Shown: positions 1 through 10,683 of the stretch, one piece after another
How positions within the stretch are numbered: position 1 is the first letter of the stretch
Layout of the letters: the number at the start of each line of letters is the position of its first letter
NCBI GenBank assembly: GCA_036556025.1
Contig: DATBKD010000005.1
Coordinates: 13,845 to 77,844, forward strand
Source: Gemmatimonadales bacterium
GTDB lineage: Bacteria; Gemmatimonadota; Gemmatimonadetes; Gemmatimonadales; GWC2-71-9
Reading direction: 5' to 3'
Length of the DNA stretch: 64,000 nucleotides
Made by a program: the position numbers and the translations under genes
Notes under the pieces: model-generated
The model's database searches: none
What the model was told of the DNA's origin: nothing
What the model saw: the letters and a program-made list of their open reading frames with translations, nothing else

Positions 1-1504
1 GGCGAAGCGTATCACCTGGCCCTACCCGGCAATGACAATCGACCGAGTCAGTCTGACTTAGTACGGTCGCGTCGAGACTGTCCCCGCTCCGATTCACCAG
101 GATCGGAGCGAACCAGGCTTGGCTGCCCCGCCCCGCGTTCACCACTCGCCGGGTCGCACCTCGTCGTGCCGTCTCTACCAGCTTGCCTTCGAGCGCTTCA
201 CCCAGAATTCCTCCGCTGGCGGCGGTGGGCCGAACGATCGCCCAGCGAGCCTCGAAGGCATGGCCCGGCCGCACGGGAAGGTGCGCGCTGTCACCCGAGG
301 AGATGGTGAGGCCGGTGTCGTCGACTGTAAGCGCAATGGCCTCGGTCAGTCCGTTCGTCACCACCAATTCCGCCCGCGGCCGCAGGGTGATCGCCCCGAG
401 CAGGGCGGCGGCCGTCACGCCGATCAGCGCGGGCCAGAGGGCGGGACTCCCCGGGCGCCGCGCAACCGGGATCGCTTCGGTGGTAGCCTCCTCACGCCGC
501 GCACCCGCCAGCGGTGGCAGGTCCATGCCCATGGCGAGCCGCCCTGTTCGCAACGCCTCCAACAGCGCCTGCGCCGAGGGATAGCGATCTTCCTTTCGCT
601 TGGCCATGCAACGCACCACGATCCGCGACAACCAGGCGGGAATGCCATCGCGGGACAAGCTCGCCACCGGGACGGGAGCGCTCAGATGGCGATTCACAAT
701 CTCCTGGGAATCGTTGCCTTCGAATGGCGGAGCTCCGGTCAGCATCTGAAACAGCACCGCACCCATGCCATAGATGTCGGCGCGTGCATCCACGTTCCGC
801 TGACCCATCGCCTGTTCCGGACTCATATAAAGCGGAGTACCGACGATGAAGCCGGTCTCGGTCTGATGGGCCGGCCCGTCCAGAGATTTAGCGATGCCGA
901 AATCCACCAACAGGGGACGCCCGGTCCGTGCCTCGATCAGAATGTTCTCCGGCTTCACGTCTCGATGGACCAGTCCCTGTTCGTGCGCGTGCTGGAGGGC
1001 CTCCAGAATCGGCTCCGCGACCGCGAGCGTGCGCTCCACGCCCAAGGCGCCTTCGGTGCGCAAGAGCTCCCGCAGGGTTTCCCCCTCGAGATAGGGCATG
1101 GCGTAGAAGACCAGCCCTTCACCTTCGGCGACGAAATGGATGGGCACGGTGTTGGGATGGTTGAGCCGGGCGATGGCGCGGGCCTCCTGCTTGAATCGAG
1201 TGAAGGTCCCGGGCCCCCAGAGCAGATCGGAGCGGAGCACTTTCACCGCCAGGCGGCGCGCCAGATCGGTATCGAGCACTTCATAGACGTCGGCGAAGCC
1301 GCCGCGCCCGATCAGGCGGACCACTCGGTACTGGGAGCCCAGCGCGCGGCCCAGCCGCATGCCCTCGACGTCGGGCGGCGTGGGTACGGCGACCGGCAGG
1401 TGCTCTCCGGCGATCAGCACCAGGCTTCCCGGGCCGCAGCGGGGGCAGTGCGTGGCCGAATCGGAAACGGGCCCGTGGCAGGATGAGCAAACCAGCAGGG
1501 TCAC
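1..1504 (-). CDS. Hanks-type Ser/Thr protein kinase with N-terminal zinc-ribbon-like CxxC..CxxC; C-terminus lies beyond the left window edge
   Basis: Absent from the ORF track because it stays open to position 1. Hand translation of the minus strand from GTG (1504-1502) gives MTLLVCSSCHGPVSDSATHCPRCG. It continues with RLIGRGGFADVYEV (~1318-1277), LVHRDVKPENI (~973-941) and LVDFGIAKS (DFG = 904-896, in frame with 1504). I translated the last ~40 codons down to position 1 and saw no stop. The + ORF 119..1486 is its antisense shadow. Confidence 0.85.
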   Translation of the reverse strand, partial: MTLLVCSSCHGPVSDSATHCPRCGPGSLVLIAGEHLPVAVPTPPDVEGMRLGRALGSQYRVVRLIGRGGFADVYEVLDTDLARRLAVKVLRSDLLWGPGTFTRFKQEARAIARLNHPNTVPIHFVAEGEGLVFYAMPYLEGETLRELLRTEGALGVERTLAVAEPILEALQHAHEQGLVHRDVKPENILIEARTGRPLLVDFGIAKSLDGPAHQTETGFIVGTPLYMSPEQAMGQRNVDARADIYGMGAVLFQMLTGAPPFEGNDSQEIVNRHLSAPVPVASLSRDGIPAWLSRIVVRCMAKRKEDRYPSAQALLEALRTGRLAMGMDLPPLAGARREEATTEAIPVARRPGSPALWPALIGVTAAALLGAITLRPRAELVVTNGLTEAIALTVDDTGLTISSGDSAHLPVRPGHAFEARWAIVRPTAASGGILGEALEGKLVETARRGATRRVVNAGRGSQAWFAPILVNRSGDSLDATVLSQTDSVDCHCRVGPGDTLR

Positions 1505-1711
1505 GGCGCTTCTCCAGAGAGATCGCAGCCACCTCAGGTGAAGCTTAATCCCAGTCCCGGCCCGGAGTTACCGGCGAGGAGCAGGGCCGCATGGAGCGCA
1601 GGGCAACTCGGAAAACAGGCGCAAAGTGCACGAATCGGCAGTCAGAAAAGCGAATTTTGGCATTTTTTTGCCGACCCGCGAATACATTTGTGCAGGTTTG
1701 GCACGATTAGC

Positions 1712-1740
1712 TTGACACCATGGTTCCCGCCGGGTATACT
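1712..1740 (+). promoter_or_regulatory. sigma70-like promoter candidate for glnA
   Basis: TTGACA (1712-1717), a 17-nt spacer, then TATACT (1735-1740). The -10 element ends 45 nt before the glnA ATG. Confidence 0.5.
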
Positions 1741-1784
1741 GCTCCCAGCGCATTCCAACCCTTCGACCCAGCACGGGACCTCCC

Positions 1785-3248
1785 ATGGCGACCACGGCAC
1801 GCATTTCCGCTCCCCGGCGCACCTCCTCGGCCACCGAAGTCCAGAAGCTCCTCGACCTGATCAAGCAGAAAAACATCCAGGTCGTGGATGTGAAGTTCTG
1901 CGACCTTCCGGGGACGTGGCAGCATTTCTCCATCCCGGCCAACACCCTGGATGAGAGCCTGATCCGCGAGGGACTGGGTTTCGACGGCTCCTCCATCCGC
2001 GGCTTCCAGGCGATCAACGAGAGCGACATGCTGCTCATGCCGGATGTCTCGACGGCCTTCGTCGATCCGGTGCTCTCGGTGCCGACGCTGTCGCTCACCT
2101 GCGACATCTACGACCCGATCACGCTGGAGCCCTACTCCCGCGATCCCCGATTCGTTGCGTTCAAGGCCGAGGAGTATCTCCGCACCACCGGCATCGCCAC
2201 CGCCTCCTACTGGGGGCCCGAGGCGGAGTTCTTCATCTTCAACTCCGTCCGGTTCGACCAGAACGCGTTCGAGGGGTACTACCACATCGATTCGGAGGAG
2301 GGGGTCTGGAACTCCGGCCGGAACAGCGGTCCCAACCTGGGCCACCGGCCCCGGCACAAGGAAGGCTACTTCCCGGTTCCGCCGGTGGATCGGTTGCAGG
2401 ACGTGCGGTCCAAGATCATGCTCGCGATGATCGAGGCGGGCGTTCCGGTAGAAGTGCAGCACCACGAGGTCGGCACTGCGGGGCAGGCGGAGATCGACAT
2501 CAAGTTCGGCACCCTGGTCCAGACCGCCGACCGGCTAATGCTGTACAAGTACATCGTGAAGAACGTGTGTCACAACCTGGGGTACACTGCCACCTTCATG
2601 CCCAAGCCGCTTTTTGGAGACAACGGCTCGGGCATGCACTGCCATCAGTCGCTGTGGAAGGGAGACACCCCGCTGTTCTTCGACAAGGACGGCTACGCCC
2701 TCATCTCGGAGACCGCGCGGCATTACATCGGCGGACTGATCGCGCACGCCCCGGCGCTCCTGGCGATCTGTGCTCCGACCACCAACAGTTACCGCCGGCT
2801 GGTTCCCGGCTTCGAGGCGCCGGTCAACCTGATGTACTCGGCGCGCAACCGGTCGGCTATCTGCCGCATCCCGATGTATTCGACCAGTCCCAAGTCCAAG
2901 CGGGTCGAGTTCCGCGCGCCCGACCCCAGCGCGAACCCCTATCTGGCTTTTTCCGCCATGCTGATGGCCGGGCTCGACGGCATCAGGCGGAAGCTCGAGC
3001 CGCCCAAGCCGATCGACGAGGACCTGTACGAAATCCACGACGAGCGCAAGCAACTGATCAAGCAGGTGCCGGGCAGCCTCTCGGAGTCGATCGAAGCCCT
3101 GGAGAAGGACCACGACTTCCTGCTGGCCGGCGACGTGTTCACCGCCGACGTGATCGATACCTGGATCACCATGAAGCGGACCAAGGATATCGCGCCGGTG
3201 ACTCTGCGGCCGCATCCGTACGAGTTTTTCCTGTATTATGACAGCTAA
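1785..3248 (+). CDS. glnA: glutamine synthetase, type I
   Basis: 487-aa ORF. The N-terminal [19 protein letters not shown], the [12 protein letters not shown] motif, [12 protein letters not shown] and the C-terminal region are typical of GlnA. Confidence 0.97.
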   Translation: MATTARISAPRRTSSATEVQKLLDLIKQKNIQVVDVKFCDLPGTWQHFSIPANTLDESLIREGLGFDGSSIRGFQAINESDMLLMPDVSTAFVDPVLSVPTLSLTCDIYDPITLEPYSRDPRFVAFKAEEYLRTTGIATASYWGPEAEFFIFNSVRFDQNAFEGYYHIDSEEGVWNSGRNSGPNLGHRPRHKEGYFPVPPVDRLQDVRSKIMLAMIEAGVPVEVQHHEVGTAGQAEIDIKFGTLVQTADRLMLYKYIVKNVCHNLGYTATFMPKPLFGDNGSGMHCHQSLWKGDTPLFFDKDGYALISETARHYIGGLIAHAPALLAICAPTTNSYRRLVPGFEAPVNLMYSARNRSAICRIPMYSTSPKSKRVEFRAPDPSANPYLAFSAMLMAGLDGIRRKLEPPKPIDEDLYEIHDERKQLIKQVPGSLSESIEALEKDHDFLLAGDVFTADVIDTWITMKRTKDIAPVTLRPHPYEFFLYYDS

Positions 3249-3403
3249 CAGCTAACAGCTATCAGCTATCAGCTATCAGCTATCAGCTGCGCCACAGCGA
3301 CGCGACCCTCCGGCGCCTTCATCGGAGGGTCGAGTGTCTCGGACTAGCGTTAGCTGTTAGCTGTTAGCCGTCAGCTGTTAGCCGTCAGCTGTTAGCTGTT
3401 AAC
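3242..3403. repeat. E1: tandem-heptamer palindromic hairpin element filling the glnA-ilvD gap
   Basis: The left array (3242-3290) has 7 units: CAGCTAA x2, CAGCTAT x4 and CAGCTGC. The centre holds the stem-loop CGACCCTCCG (3303-3312), a 10-nt loop, then CGGAGGGTCG (3323-3332). The right array (3350-3403) reads TTAGCTG TTAGCTG TTAGCCG TCAGCTG TTAGCCG TCAGCTG TTAGCTG TTAAC, the reverse-complement units. The glnA stop TAA (3246-3248) lies in unit 1. The ilvD ATG is 9 nt after the right array. Confidence 0.9.
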
Positions 3404-3412
3404 TTTGTCCCC

Positions 3413-5089
3413 ATGCCCCCCAACCTGCGCAGCAAAGCCATCACTCAGGGCGTCGAGCGCGCGCCCAATCGGGCCATGCTTCGCGCCGTCGGCTTCGACG
3501 ACGCCGATTTCGGCAAGCCCATCATCGGAATCGCCAACGGATATAGCACCATCACGCCGTGTAATGCCGGCCTCGACCTCCTCGCGCAGCGGGCCGAGCG
3601 GGCCGCTCGCGCCGCGGGCGCCATGCCGCAGCTCTTCGGGACCATTACCGTCAGCGACGGGATCTCGATGGGCACCGAAGGCATGAAGTACTCCCTGGTC
3701 TCCCGCGAAGTCATCGCCGATTCGATCGAAACCGCCTGTGGGGCCCAGAGCATGGACGGGGTGGTGGCCATCGGAGGCTGTGACAAGAACATGCCCGGCG
3801 CGATGATCGCCATCGCCCGGATGAACATTCCGGGCATTTTCGTGTACGGCGGCACCATCAAGCCGGGCCACTATGCCGGGCGGGACCTGACCGTGGTGAG
3901 CGCCTTCGAGGCCGTCGGCCAGTACAGTGCCGGCAAGATCGACGATCGGGAGCTGGGAGAGGTCGAGCGCCGAGCCTGTCCGGGCAAAGGCTCCTGCGGC
4001 GGCATGTTCACCGCCAACACCATGTCCTCAGTGTTCGAGGCGATGGGCATGAGCCTGCCCTACTCCTCGACCATGGCCGCCGAAGACGCCGAGAAGGCCG
4101 CCAGCGCGGCCCGATCCGCCGAGGTGCTGGTGCAGGCCGTCGAGCGCGGCCTGCTGCCGCGCCAGATTCTGAGCCGCGCCGCATTCGAGAATGGCATCAG
4201 CGTCACGATGGCGCTGGGCGGATCCACCAACGCGGTGCTGCACCTGCTCGCCATCGCGCATGCGGCGGAGGTGCCGCTTGCCCTGGACGATTTCGAGATG
4301 ATTCGGGCCCGCGTCCCGGTGCTCTGCGATCTCAAGCCGTCCGGGCGGTTCGTCACTCTCGACCTGCATCACGCCGGCGGGATTCCGCAGGTGATGAAGA
4401 TGCTCCTGGCCCACGGGCTGCTGCACGGCGACGCCCTCACCATCACCGGAGAGACGGTTGCCCAGAGCCTCCGCGATGTGCCGGCGGAGCCTCGATCCGA
4501 TCAGGAGGTGATCCGCCCCTGGGGGCGCCCGCTCTACGCCCAGGGGCATCTTACGATTCTGAAAGGCAATTTGGCTCCCGAGGGAGCGGTGGCGAAGATC
4601 ACCGGCGTCAAGTCGCCGAGGATGACGGGACCCGCCCGGATCTTCGAATCGGAGGAGGCCTGCCTCGAGGCCATCCTGGGCGGCCGAATCCGGGCGGGCG
4701 ATGTGATCGTGATTCGCTACGAGGGACCTCGGGGAGGGCCCGGGATGCGGGAGATGCTAGCCCCGACGTCGGCAATCATCGGAGCCGGCCTGGGCGACTC
4801 CGTGGGTCTCATTACCGACGGCCGCTTCTCCGGTGGAACCTACGGGCTGGTTGTCGGTCATGTTGCTCCAGAGGCCGCCGTGGGCGGACCGCTGGCGCTG
4901 TTGGAGGAAGGCGATCTGGTGACCATCGATGCCGAGCGGCGGGTGCTCGAGGCGGACATCCGCAAGGACGAGCTCCAGCGGCGCCGGACGCAGTGGGCTC
5001 AACCGCAACCTCGCTATACCAGAGGCGTGCTGCACAAATATGCCAGCCACGTATCCAGCGCGAGCCTCGGCGCGGTGACCGATCTCTAG
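3413..5089 (+). CDS. ilvD: dihydroxy-acid dehydratase
   Basis: 558-aa ORF. It carries [32 protein letters not shown] and the [11 protein letters not shown] motifs of the IlvD/Edd family. Confidence 0.97.
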   Translation: MPPNLRSKAITQGVERAPNRAMLRAVGFDDADFGKPIIGIANGYSTITPCNAGLDLLAQRAERAARAAGAMPQLFGTITVSDGISMGTEGMKYSLVSREVIADSIETACGAQSMDGVVAIGGCDKNMPGAMIAIARMNIPGIFVYGGTIKPGHYAGRDLTVVSAFEAVGQYSAGKIDDRELGEVERRACPGKGSCGGMFTANTMSSVFEAMGMSLPYSSTMAAEDAEKAASAARSAEVLVQAVERGLLPRQILSRAAFENGISVTMALGGSTNAVLHLLAIAHAAEVPLALDDFEMIRARVPVLCDLKPSGRFVTLDLHHAGGIPQVMKMLLAHGLLHGDALTITGETVAQSLRDVPAEPRSDQEVIRPWGRPLYAQGHLTILKGNLAPEGAVAKITGVKSPRMTGPARIFESEEACLEAILGGRIRAGDVIVIRYEGPRGGPGMREMLAPTSAIIGAGLGDSVGLITDGRFSGGTYGLVVGHVAPEAAVGGPLALLEEGDLVTIDAERRVLEADIRKDELQRRRTQWAQPQPRYTRGVLHKYASHVSSASLGAVTDL

Positions 5090-5105
5090 TACCCTGACGC
5101 CGGCA

Positions 5106-5735
5106 GTGCCGAGGTCGTTGCACCATGCGACCGTCTTCGGCGTCGTCGCGCTCTCCTGCCTGGTGCTCTTCGGTTGGCTCACCGCCGCGGTGGTGGCGCA
5201 GCGTACCCTGGCGTGGGATGAGCGGGTCATGCTTGCGGTCGCAGGACTGCGATCACCGGTGGTCACCTGGTGGATGAAGATCGTGAGTGCGGTGGGATCG
5301 GGAGCGGTCGAAGTCCCGGTCGGCCTGCTCCTCCTGTGGCGGCTCGTCTCGCGGGGCGCCCGGCCGGCGGCCTACGGCTACGCTTCAGCCTTGGTGAGCA
5401 GCTGGGCCCTCTACGGGCTCACCAAACTGCTGGTCCACCGTCCGCGACCACGAGTCATCTCTCATCTCGCCCATGATGCCGGCTGGTACTCCTATCCGTC
5501 GGGGCACACCATCCTCGCACCGCTGGTCTTCGTCCTCGGCGCCATCATCTGGACTCGAAGCTGGGCTCGACCGGAGGCCCGCCTGGGCCTGGTGCTGGCA
5601 GGCGTGAGCCTGTCCCTGGCAATCGCCGGTTCCCGAGTCTACCTCGGCGCCCACTATCCTACCGATGTCATTGGAGGTCTGCTGCTGGGTACTGCACTGA
5701 GCGCCGCATGGATGCCGCGGCTGACCGTGAACTAA
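5106..5735 (+). CDS. PAP2-family phosphatase (membrane)
   Basis: 209-aa ORF with a GTG start. PAP2 motifs are [14 protein letters not shown] and [13 protein letters not shown], and there are several hydrophobic segments. Confidence 0.85.
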   Translation: MPRSLHHATVFGVVALSCLVLFGWLTAAVVAQRTLAWDERVMLAVAGLRSPVVTWWMKIVSAVGSGAVEVPVGLLLLWRLVSRGARPAAYGYASALVSSWALYGLTKLLVHRPRPRVISHLAHDAGWYSYPSGHTILAPLVFVLGAIIWTRSWARPEARLGLVLAGVSLSLAIAGSRVYLGAHYPTDVIGGLLLGTALSAAWMPRLTVN

Positions 5736-6826
5736 CGCTCGATCACCGGTTCAACCGCGCGGCCCCAAAGAACCAGACGCGCAATCTCCTCTCCGATCTC
5801 TCGGGTTCCCAGCGACGGCGTCCCACTGATGGCAATGTCGGCAGTCCGGGCACCGGCAGCGAGGACGGCGGCGATAGCCTGCTCCACCGTGGCCGCCGCC
5901 TCGGGCAGGCCCAAGCCATATCGGAGCAGCATGGCGGCGCTGGCGATGGCCCCGATAGGGTTGGCCACCCCGCGGCCGGCAATATCCGGGGCGGAGCCGT
6001 GGACCGGTTCGAACAGACCGGGACCATCCCCGATGGAAGCGGAAGGCAACAGTCCCAGGGACCCGACCAGCACCGCCGCCTCATCCGACAGAATATCCCC
6101 GAAGAGATTCTCGGTGAGCACCACATCGAAGGCCGCCGGACTGGAGACCAGCCGCATCGCCGCGTAGTCGACATAGAGGTGCTCCAGCCGCACATCGGGA
6201 TAACCCTCAGCAACCCGGGTCACCGTTTCCCGCCAGAGCTGGGAGACCTCCAGTACGTTGGCCTTGTCCACTGAGGTCACCAGCCGGCGCCGGTTGCTCG
6301 CCGCCTCAAAGGCGACCCGCGCCACCCGCTCGATTTCCTCGACGCTGTAACGCAGAGTATTCACCGCGGCATTGGGGCCGAGGCTACGCGGCTCCCCGTA
6401 GTAGAGCCCACCGGTGAGCTCCCGCACGATGAGGAGATCGACGCGCTCAAGCCGCTCCGGTCTGAGGGGGGAGGCATGGCGCAGCGCGGGATACACGGCG
6501 ATGGGCCGGAGATTGGCGTAGGCACAGAGCAGCTTTCTCAGCGCGAGCAGACCGGCCTCCGGCCGCCGATTTCCTTCAGCTCGGCTCAGCGACGGATCTC
6601 CGACCGCTCCCAGAAGCACCGCATCCACCTGGGTGACCGCATTTCGGGTGACGGCGGGCAACGAGTCGCCCGTGAGAGCTACGCCGGCGGCCCCGATCGG
6701 GTATTCCCGCGTCTCGACGACGAACCCGAAGAGGTCGGCGGCCGCCTGAAGAACCCGAAGGGCCTCGGCGGTCACCTCCGGTCCGATCCCATCGCCGGGA
6801 AGCACCGCCAGAGAGAACCGTTTCAC
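5732..6826 (-). CDS. leuB: 3-isopropylmalate dehydrogenase
   Basis: 364-aa ORF. It has [10 protein letters not shown] near the N-terminus and [11 protein letters not shown], and its start overlaps the leuD stop by 4 nt. Confidence 0.95.
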   Translation of the reverse strand: MKRFSLAVLPGDGIGPEVTAEALRVLQAAADLFGFVVETREYPIGAAGVALTGDSLPAVTRNAVTQVDAVLLGAVGDPSLSRAEGNRRPEAGLLALRKLLCAYANLRPIAVYPALRHASPLRPERLERVDLLIVRELTGGLYYGEPRSLGPNAAVNTLRYSVEEIERVARVAFEAASNRRRLVTSVDKANVLEVSQLWRETVTRVAEGYPDVRLEHLYVDYAAMRLVSSPAAFDVVLTENLFGDILSDEAAVLVGSLGLLPSASIGDGPGLFEPVHGSAPDIAGRGVANPIGAIASAAMLLRYGLGLPEAAATVEQAIAAVLAAGARTADIAISGTPSLGTREIGEEIARLVLWGRAVEPVIER

Positions 6827-7437
6827 CAGACCGGAACCGGTTGGTCGGCGGCACGACGCTGCTCGAACGCGGCGATTGCCGGTTCCAGTTGCAGCGTGCG
6901 CCCGATTTCGTCCAGACCCTGGAGCAACATCTCGCGGCGATAGGGATCGAGGTGGAATGGCGCCGCGAATCCCAGCGGGTCCTGGACTCGCTGCGCTCGC
7001 AGATCAACCGTGAGCTCATACCCCCCCTGCGCACTCAGCGCTCTCCGGCTCAACTCAGCGATGACGGACTCCGGCAACACCACCGGCAGCAAACCATTCT
7101 GACAGCAGTTGCCGTGGAAGATGTCAGCGAAAGAGGGAGCGAGGATGGCGCGAAACCCGTAATCGGCCAGTGCCCACGGCGCATGCTCTCGGGACGAGCC
7201 GCAACCGAAATTGGGACCGGTGATCAGAATGGTGGCTCCGCGGGCAGCGGGCTGATTCAGCTCGAACTCGGGATTGAGTGCGCCGTCGGCGAGATAGCGC
7301 CAATCATAGAAGAGGCAGGGGCCGAAGCCGGTGCGTTCGATCCGCTTCAAGAACTGCTTGGGAATGATCTGATCGGTATCGACGTTGGCTCGCGGCAGCA
7401 GTGCAACGCGACCGGAGTGGATTTCGAAGGGTTGCAT
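6823..7437 (-). CDS. leuD: 3-isopropylmalate dehydratase small subunit
   Basis: 204-aa ORF with an aconitase swivel-domain-like sequence ([15 protein letters not shown]). It lies between leuC and leuB. Confidence 0.93.
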   Translation of the reverse strand: MQPFEIHSGRVALLPRANVDTDQIIPKQFLKRIERTGFGPCLFYDWRYLADGALNPEFELNQPAARGATILITGPNFGCGSSREHAPWALADYGFRAILAPSFADIFHGNCCQNGLLPVVLPESVIAELSRRALSAQGGYELTVDLRAQRVQDPLGFAAPFHLDPYRREMLLQGLDEIGRTLQLEPAIAAFEQRRAADQPVPVW

Positions 7438-7595
7438 ACGCCTCTCGATAACTATTCAACGCACCTTGGCATCGGAGGTCATCGATAACTTTAACGAAGA
7501 TCTACTAAGCTATTGTGATAACGGCACTTATATGCGGCGAATGAGATACGACTTGAAGCTGTATATTCACTGACGACGATCGCATATCTGCCGCA
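7438..7595 (-). other. AT-rich intercistronic spacer between leuC and leuD
   Basis: By hand count about 69 of 155 bases are G/C (~45%), against clearly GC-rich flanks. It contains short repeats: CGATAACT twice, and ATATGCG / CGCATAT plus TGCGGC / GCCGCA inverted pairs. Confidence 0.6.
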
Positions 7596-9002
7596 TTACC
7601 CTCGCATATGCTCTCGCACGTCGACCAGACAGCCTTCGATCGCTGCGGCCGCGGCCATCGTCGGACTCATCAGGTGCGTGCGCCCTCCCCTGCCCTGTCG
7701 TCCTTCAAAATTTCTATTCGACGTGGACGCGCATCGTTCACCGGGGGACAGAATATCCTCATTCATGCCGAGACACATGGAGCATCCGGGATTGCGCCAC
7801 TCGAAGCCTGCGTCAATGAAGATGCGATCCAACCCTTCGCGCTCGGCGGCGGCCTTCACCGACTGAGAGCCAGGCACCACCATCGCACGCACATGCCGGT
7901 TGACGGTTCGTCCTCGCGCGACCGCGGCGGCCTCGCGCAAGTCCTCCAGTCGGCCATTGGTGCACGATCCCAAAAACACTCGGTCCACTGGAAGCCCCCT
8001 CAGCGGTGTTCCCGGCCGGAGGTCCATGTAGTCCAGCGCGCGCCGATACGACTCCCGCTCCGCAGCAGACGGCGCCTCGGATGGGTCGGGAACTTGCTCG
8101 GTGATGTCGGCCGTCATACCGGGACTGGTTCCCCACGTCACCTGAGGACCCAAGGTTCCAGCGTCGATGAAAACGGACCGGTCGTAGTGGGCTCCCGGAT
8201 CGGGGTGGAGCTCCTGCCAAGCGCGAAGTACGGCCTCGCGGCGAGCGCCCTTGGGTGCCCGCGGCGTGCCGGCGAGATAGTCGAAGGTGACGGCATCCGG
8301 GGCGATCATCCCGGCCCGGGCGCCCGCCTCGATGGACATGTTGCAGATGGTCATCCGGCCCTCCATGGACAGGGCCGCGATGGCTTCTCCGGTGTACTCG
8401 ATAACGTGGCCGGTCGCACCCGCGGTCCCGATCCGGCGAATCAACCCGAGGATCAGATCCTTGGCCGACACGCCGGGCGCCAGCCGACCGCTGAAGTGAA
8501 TCTCCATGGTCCGCGGGCGGGACTGGACGATGCATTGAGTGGCGAGAACGTGTTCCACCTCGCTGGTGCCGATCCCGAAGGCCAACGCTCCGAATGCGCC
8601 ATGGGTCGAGGTGTGGGAGTCCCCGCAGACAATGACCATTCCCGGCTGCGTCAGCCCGAGCTCCGGCCCGATCACGTGGACAATCCCCTGCTCGGGGGCG
8701 CTGAGGTCGAACAGCTCTACCCCGAAGTCCCGGGCATTCCGCTCCAGCGCCTGCAGCTGGAGCGCGGCCGTCCGGTCGGCGATGGGGAGCCGGCGATCGC
8801 CGGTGGGAACGTTGTGATCCACCGTGGCCACGGTCAGATCCGGACGCCGCACGCGACGGCCGGCCAGCCTCAGACCCTCGAAGGCTTGGGGGGAGGTTAC
8901 CTCGTGCACCAAGTGCAGGTCCACGTAGAGCAGGGCCGGACCGTGGGGCCCCTGATGAACGACGTGTGAGTCCCAGACCTTCTCGAACAGCGTGCGCGCC
9001 AT
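7596..9002 (-). CDS. leuC: 3-isopropylmalate dehydratase large subunit
   Basis: 468-aa ORF of the aconitase family, with [23 protein letters not shown] and NRNFEGRQG. Confidence 0.96.
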   Translation of the reverse strand: MARTLFEKVWDSHVVHQGPHGPALLYVDLHLVHEVTSPQAFEGLRLAGRRVRRPDLTVATVDHNVPTGDRRLPIADRTAALQLQALERNARDFGVELFDLSAPEQGIVHVIGPELGLTQPGMVIVCGDSHTSTHGAFGALAFGIGTSEVEHVLATQCIVQSRPRTMEIHFSGRLAPGVSAKDLILGLIRRIGTAGATGHVIEYTGEAIAALSMEGRMTICNMSIEAGARAGMIAPDAVTFDYLAGTPRAPKGARREAVLRAWQELHPDPGAHYDRSVFIDAGTLGPQVTWGTSPGMTADITEQVPDPSEAPSAAERESYRRALDYMDLRPGTPLRGLPVDRVFLGSCTNGRLEDLREAAAVARGRTVNRHVRAMVVPGSQSVKAAAEREGLDRIFIDAGFEWRNPGCSMCLGMNEDILSPGERCASTSNRNFEGRQGRGGRTHLMSPTMAAAAAIEGCLVDVREHMRG

Positions 9003-9005
9003 GAT

Positions 9006-10100
9006 TCAACCGGAGACGCTGGCAGGCGAAGGCTGAGCGACAGGCTTGCGGCCCGGCTTGTCCGGCGCCAACGGGGGACTGACGGCGCCGGAGCGCTTTC
9101 CTTCCTCGGACCAGGGCATCATCGCCCGAAGCTCGGCGCCCACGCGCTCGATCTCATGGTGCTTGTCGGCCTTGCGCAGCCGCTCGAAGTTGGCTCGGCC
9201 GGCGCGGTTCTCGGTCAGCCACTCCCGGGCAAAGGATCCGTTCTGGATCTCGTCCAGAATGCGGCGCATCTCCGCGCGGGTCTCCTCCGTGATCACTCGT
9301 GGGCCGCGGGTGTAGTCCCCGTACTCGGCAGTGTCGCTGATCGAGTAGCGCATAAACTGCATCCCACCGCGGTACATGAGATCCACGATCAGCTTGAGTT
9401 CGTGCAGGCACTCGAAATAGGCCATCTCTGGGCGGTAGCCCGCGGCCGTGAGGGTTTCGAAGCCGGCTTTGACCAACGCCGTCACTCCACCACAGAGCAC
9501 CGCCTGTTCGCCGAACAGATCGGTCTCGGTCTCCTCCCTGAAGGAGGTCTCGATCACACCAGCCCGAGTACAGCCGATCCCCGCGGCGTAGGCCAGAGCG
9601 TTGGCCAGCGCCTGTCCGCTCGCATCCTGATGGATGGCCACCAGGGCCGGGACTCCCCTGCCGGCTTCAAACTCACTGCGGACCAGATGGCCCGGCGACT
9701 TCGGGGCGACCATGCTGACGTCCACCCCGGCGGGTGGCACGATCTCGCCGAAATGAATGTTGAACCCATGGGCGAACATCAGGGTCTTGCCGGGACCAAG
9801 CGCTTGCTGGATCCCGCCTTCGTACACCCCGCGAGCGTCCTGGTCCGGCACCAGCATCATGATCACGTCGGCTGCCGCGGCCGCCTCGGCCACCGGCCGC
9901 ACATCGAGCCCGGCGGCCCGGGCCCGGTCCCATGACGCACTGCCAGCGCGCAATCCGACGACCACGCGGGCACCACTGTCCCGCAGATTCAGCGCGTGGG
10001 CGTGCCCCTGGCTGCCGTAGCCGATGATGGCGAAGGCGCGGCCCGAGAGCCGCTGACGGTCCGCGGCGGAGTCGTAGAAGATGTGAACGGGCTGGGTCAT
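9006..10100 (-). CDS. ilvC: ketol-acid reductoisomerase (class I) with low-complexity C-terminal tail
   Basis: 364-aa ORF. It has [19 protein letters not shown] (Rossmann motif) and the knotted-domain sequence. About 30 extra Pro/Ser/Ala-rich residues sit at the C-terminus. Confidence 0.96.
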   Translation of the reverse strand: MTQPVHIFYDSAADRQRLSGRAFAIIGYGSQGHAHALNLRDSGARVVVGLRAGSASWDRARAAGLDVRPVAEAAAAADVIMMLVPDQDARGVYEGGIQQALGPGKTLMFAHGFNIHFGEIVPPAGVDVSMVAPKSPGHLVRSEFEAGRGVPALVAIHQDASGQALANALAYAAGIGCTRAGVIETSFREETETDLFGEQAVLCGGVTALVKAGFETLTAAGYRPEMAYFECLHELKLIVDLMYRGGMQFMRYSISDTAEYGDYTRGPRVITEETRAEMRRILDEIQNGSFAREWLTENRAGRANFERLRKADKHHEIERVGAELRAMMPWSEEGKRSGAVSPPLAPDKPGRKPVAQPSPASVSG

Positions 10101-10200
10101 GGTCTCATCCAGTCTCAGAGTTCGTTGGGTCGTTGGATTGATTGCTGCCGCAAGTCGATAGTCACTCGTCGTTCGTCAGTAGAAGACCGACACCTTTCCT

Positions 10201-10683
10201 TCACCTACCAGCCTCTAATGCCACCGCTCCACTCCGAGCCACCTCGAGGACCTCGAAACGCTCGAGCGCGCGGATGCAGGAGAGGACGAAAGCCTCGGAG
10301 CCGGTGAGCTCTACGATCATCGCTTCAGGACTGTCGTCAACCACCGAAGCGTGATAAAGCTGGACGACGTCCAGCAGCTCACCGTAGCGCTCCGCTGGAG
10401 CGCGAACTTTGACCAGGGCCAGTTCCCGGGCCACACCGTCCTGCGCGGCAAAGGAGGTTGCTTCACGCACCCCGATCATCTTCTGCAAATGCTTCACCGC
10501 GCGATCCGCCGCGGAGTCGTCTGACTGAATCATGATGGTAAGCCTCGAAAGTCCAGGGGTCGCCGTGGGTCCCACGGCAATACTGCGCACGGGCAAGTTC
10601 CGCCGACGAATCAACCCGACGGCCCGGGTGAGCGTGATGAGGCGGTCCTCCAGCAGGACCGTAACGGCGTGGGGCGCACTCAT
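10201..10683 (-). CDS. ilvN: acetolactate synthase small (regulatory) subunit
   Basis: 160-aa ACT-domain protein (LLEDRLITLTRAVGLIRRRNLPVRSIAV). Its start overlaps the ilvB stop by 4 nt. Confidence 0.9.
   Translation of the reverse strand: MSAPHAVTVLLEDRLITLTRAVGLIRRRNLPVRSIAVGPTATPGLSRLTIMIQSDDSAADRAVKHLQKMIGVREATSFAAQDGVARELALVKVRAPAERYGELLDVVQLYHASVVDDSPEAMIVELTGSEAFVLSCIRALERFEVLEVARSGAVALEAGR

Noticed and set aside
119-1486. 455-aa + ORF at the left end, the longest ORF listed there
   Set aside because: It lies antisense to, and is fully covered by, a minus-strand frame with clear protein-kinase motifs (HRDVKPEN, DFG). Its own translation is Arg/Gly/Pro/His-rich nonsense, which is typical of shadow ORFs in GC-rich DNA.
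1658-1717. Sigma-54 (-24/-12) promoters upstream of glnA: TGGCATTTTTTTGC (1658-1671) and TGGCACGATTAGCTTG (1699-1714)
   Set aside because: The GG-to-GC spacing is one nt short in the first. In the second the GC is two nt out of register, against the canonical TGGCAC-N5-TTGC. A near-consensus sigma70 promoter (1712-1740) explains the region. A near-miss sigma-54 site cannot be fully excluded without data.
10100-10200. Short direct repeats GTTCGTTGG / GTCGTTGG / GTCGTTCGTC in the ilvN-ilvC spacer
   Set aside because: They are direct rather than inverted and only 2-3 loose copies. They do not form the array-centre-array architecture of the E family, and the evidence is too weak to call a feature.
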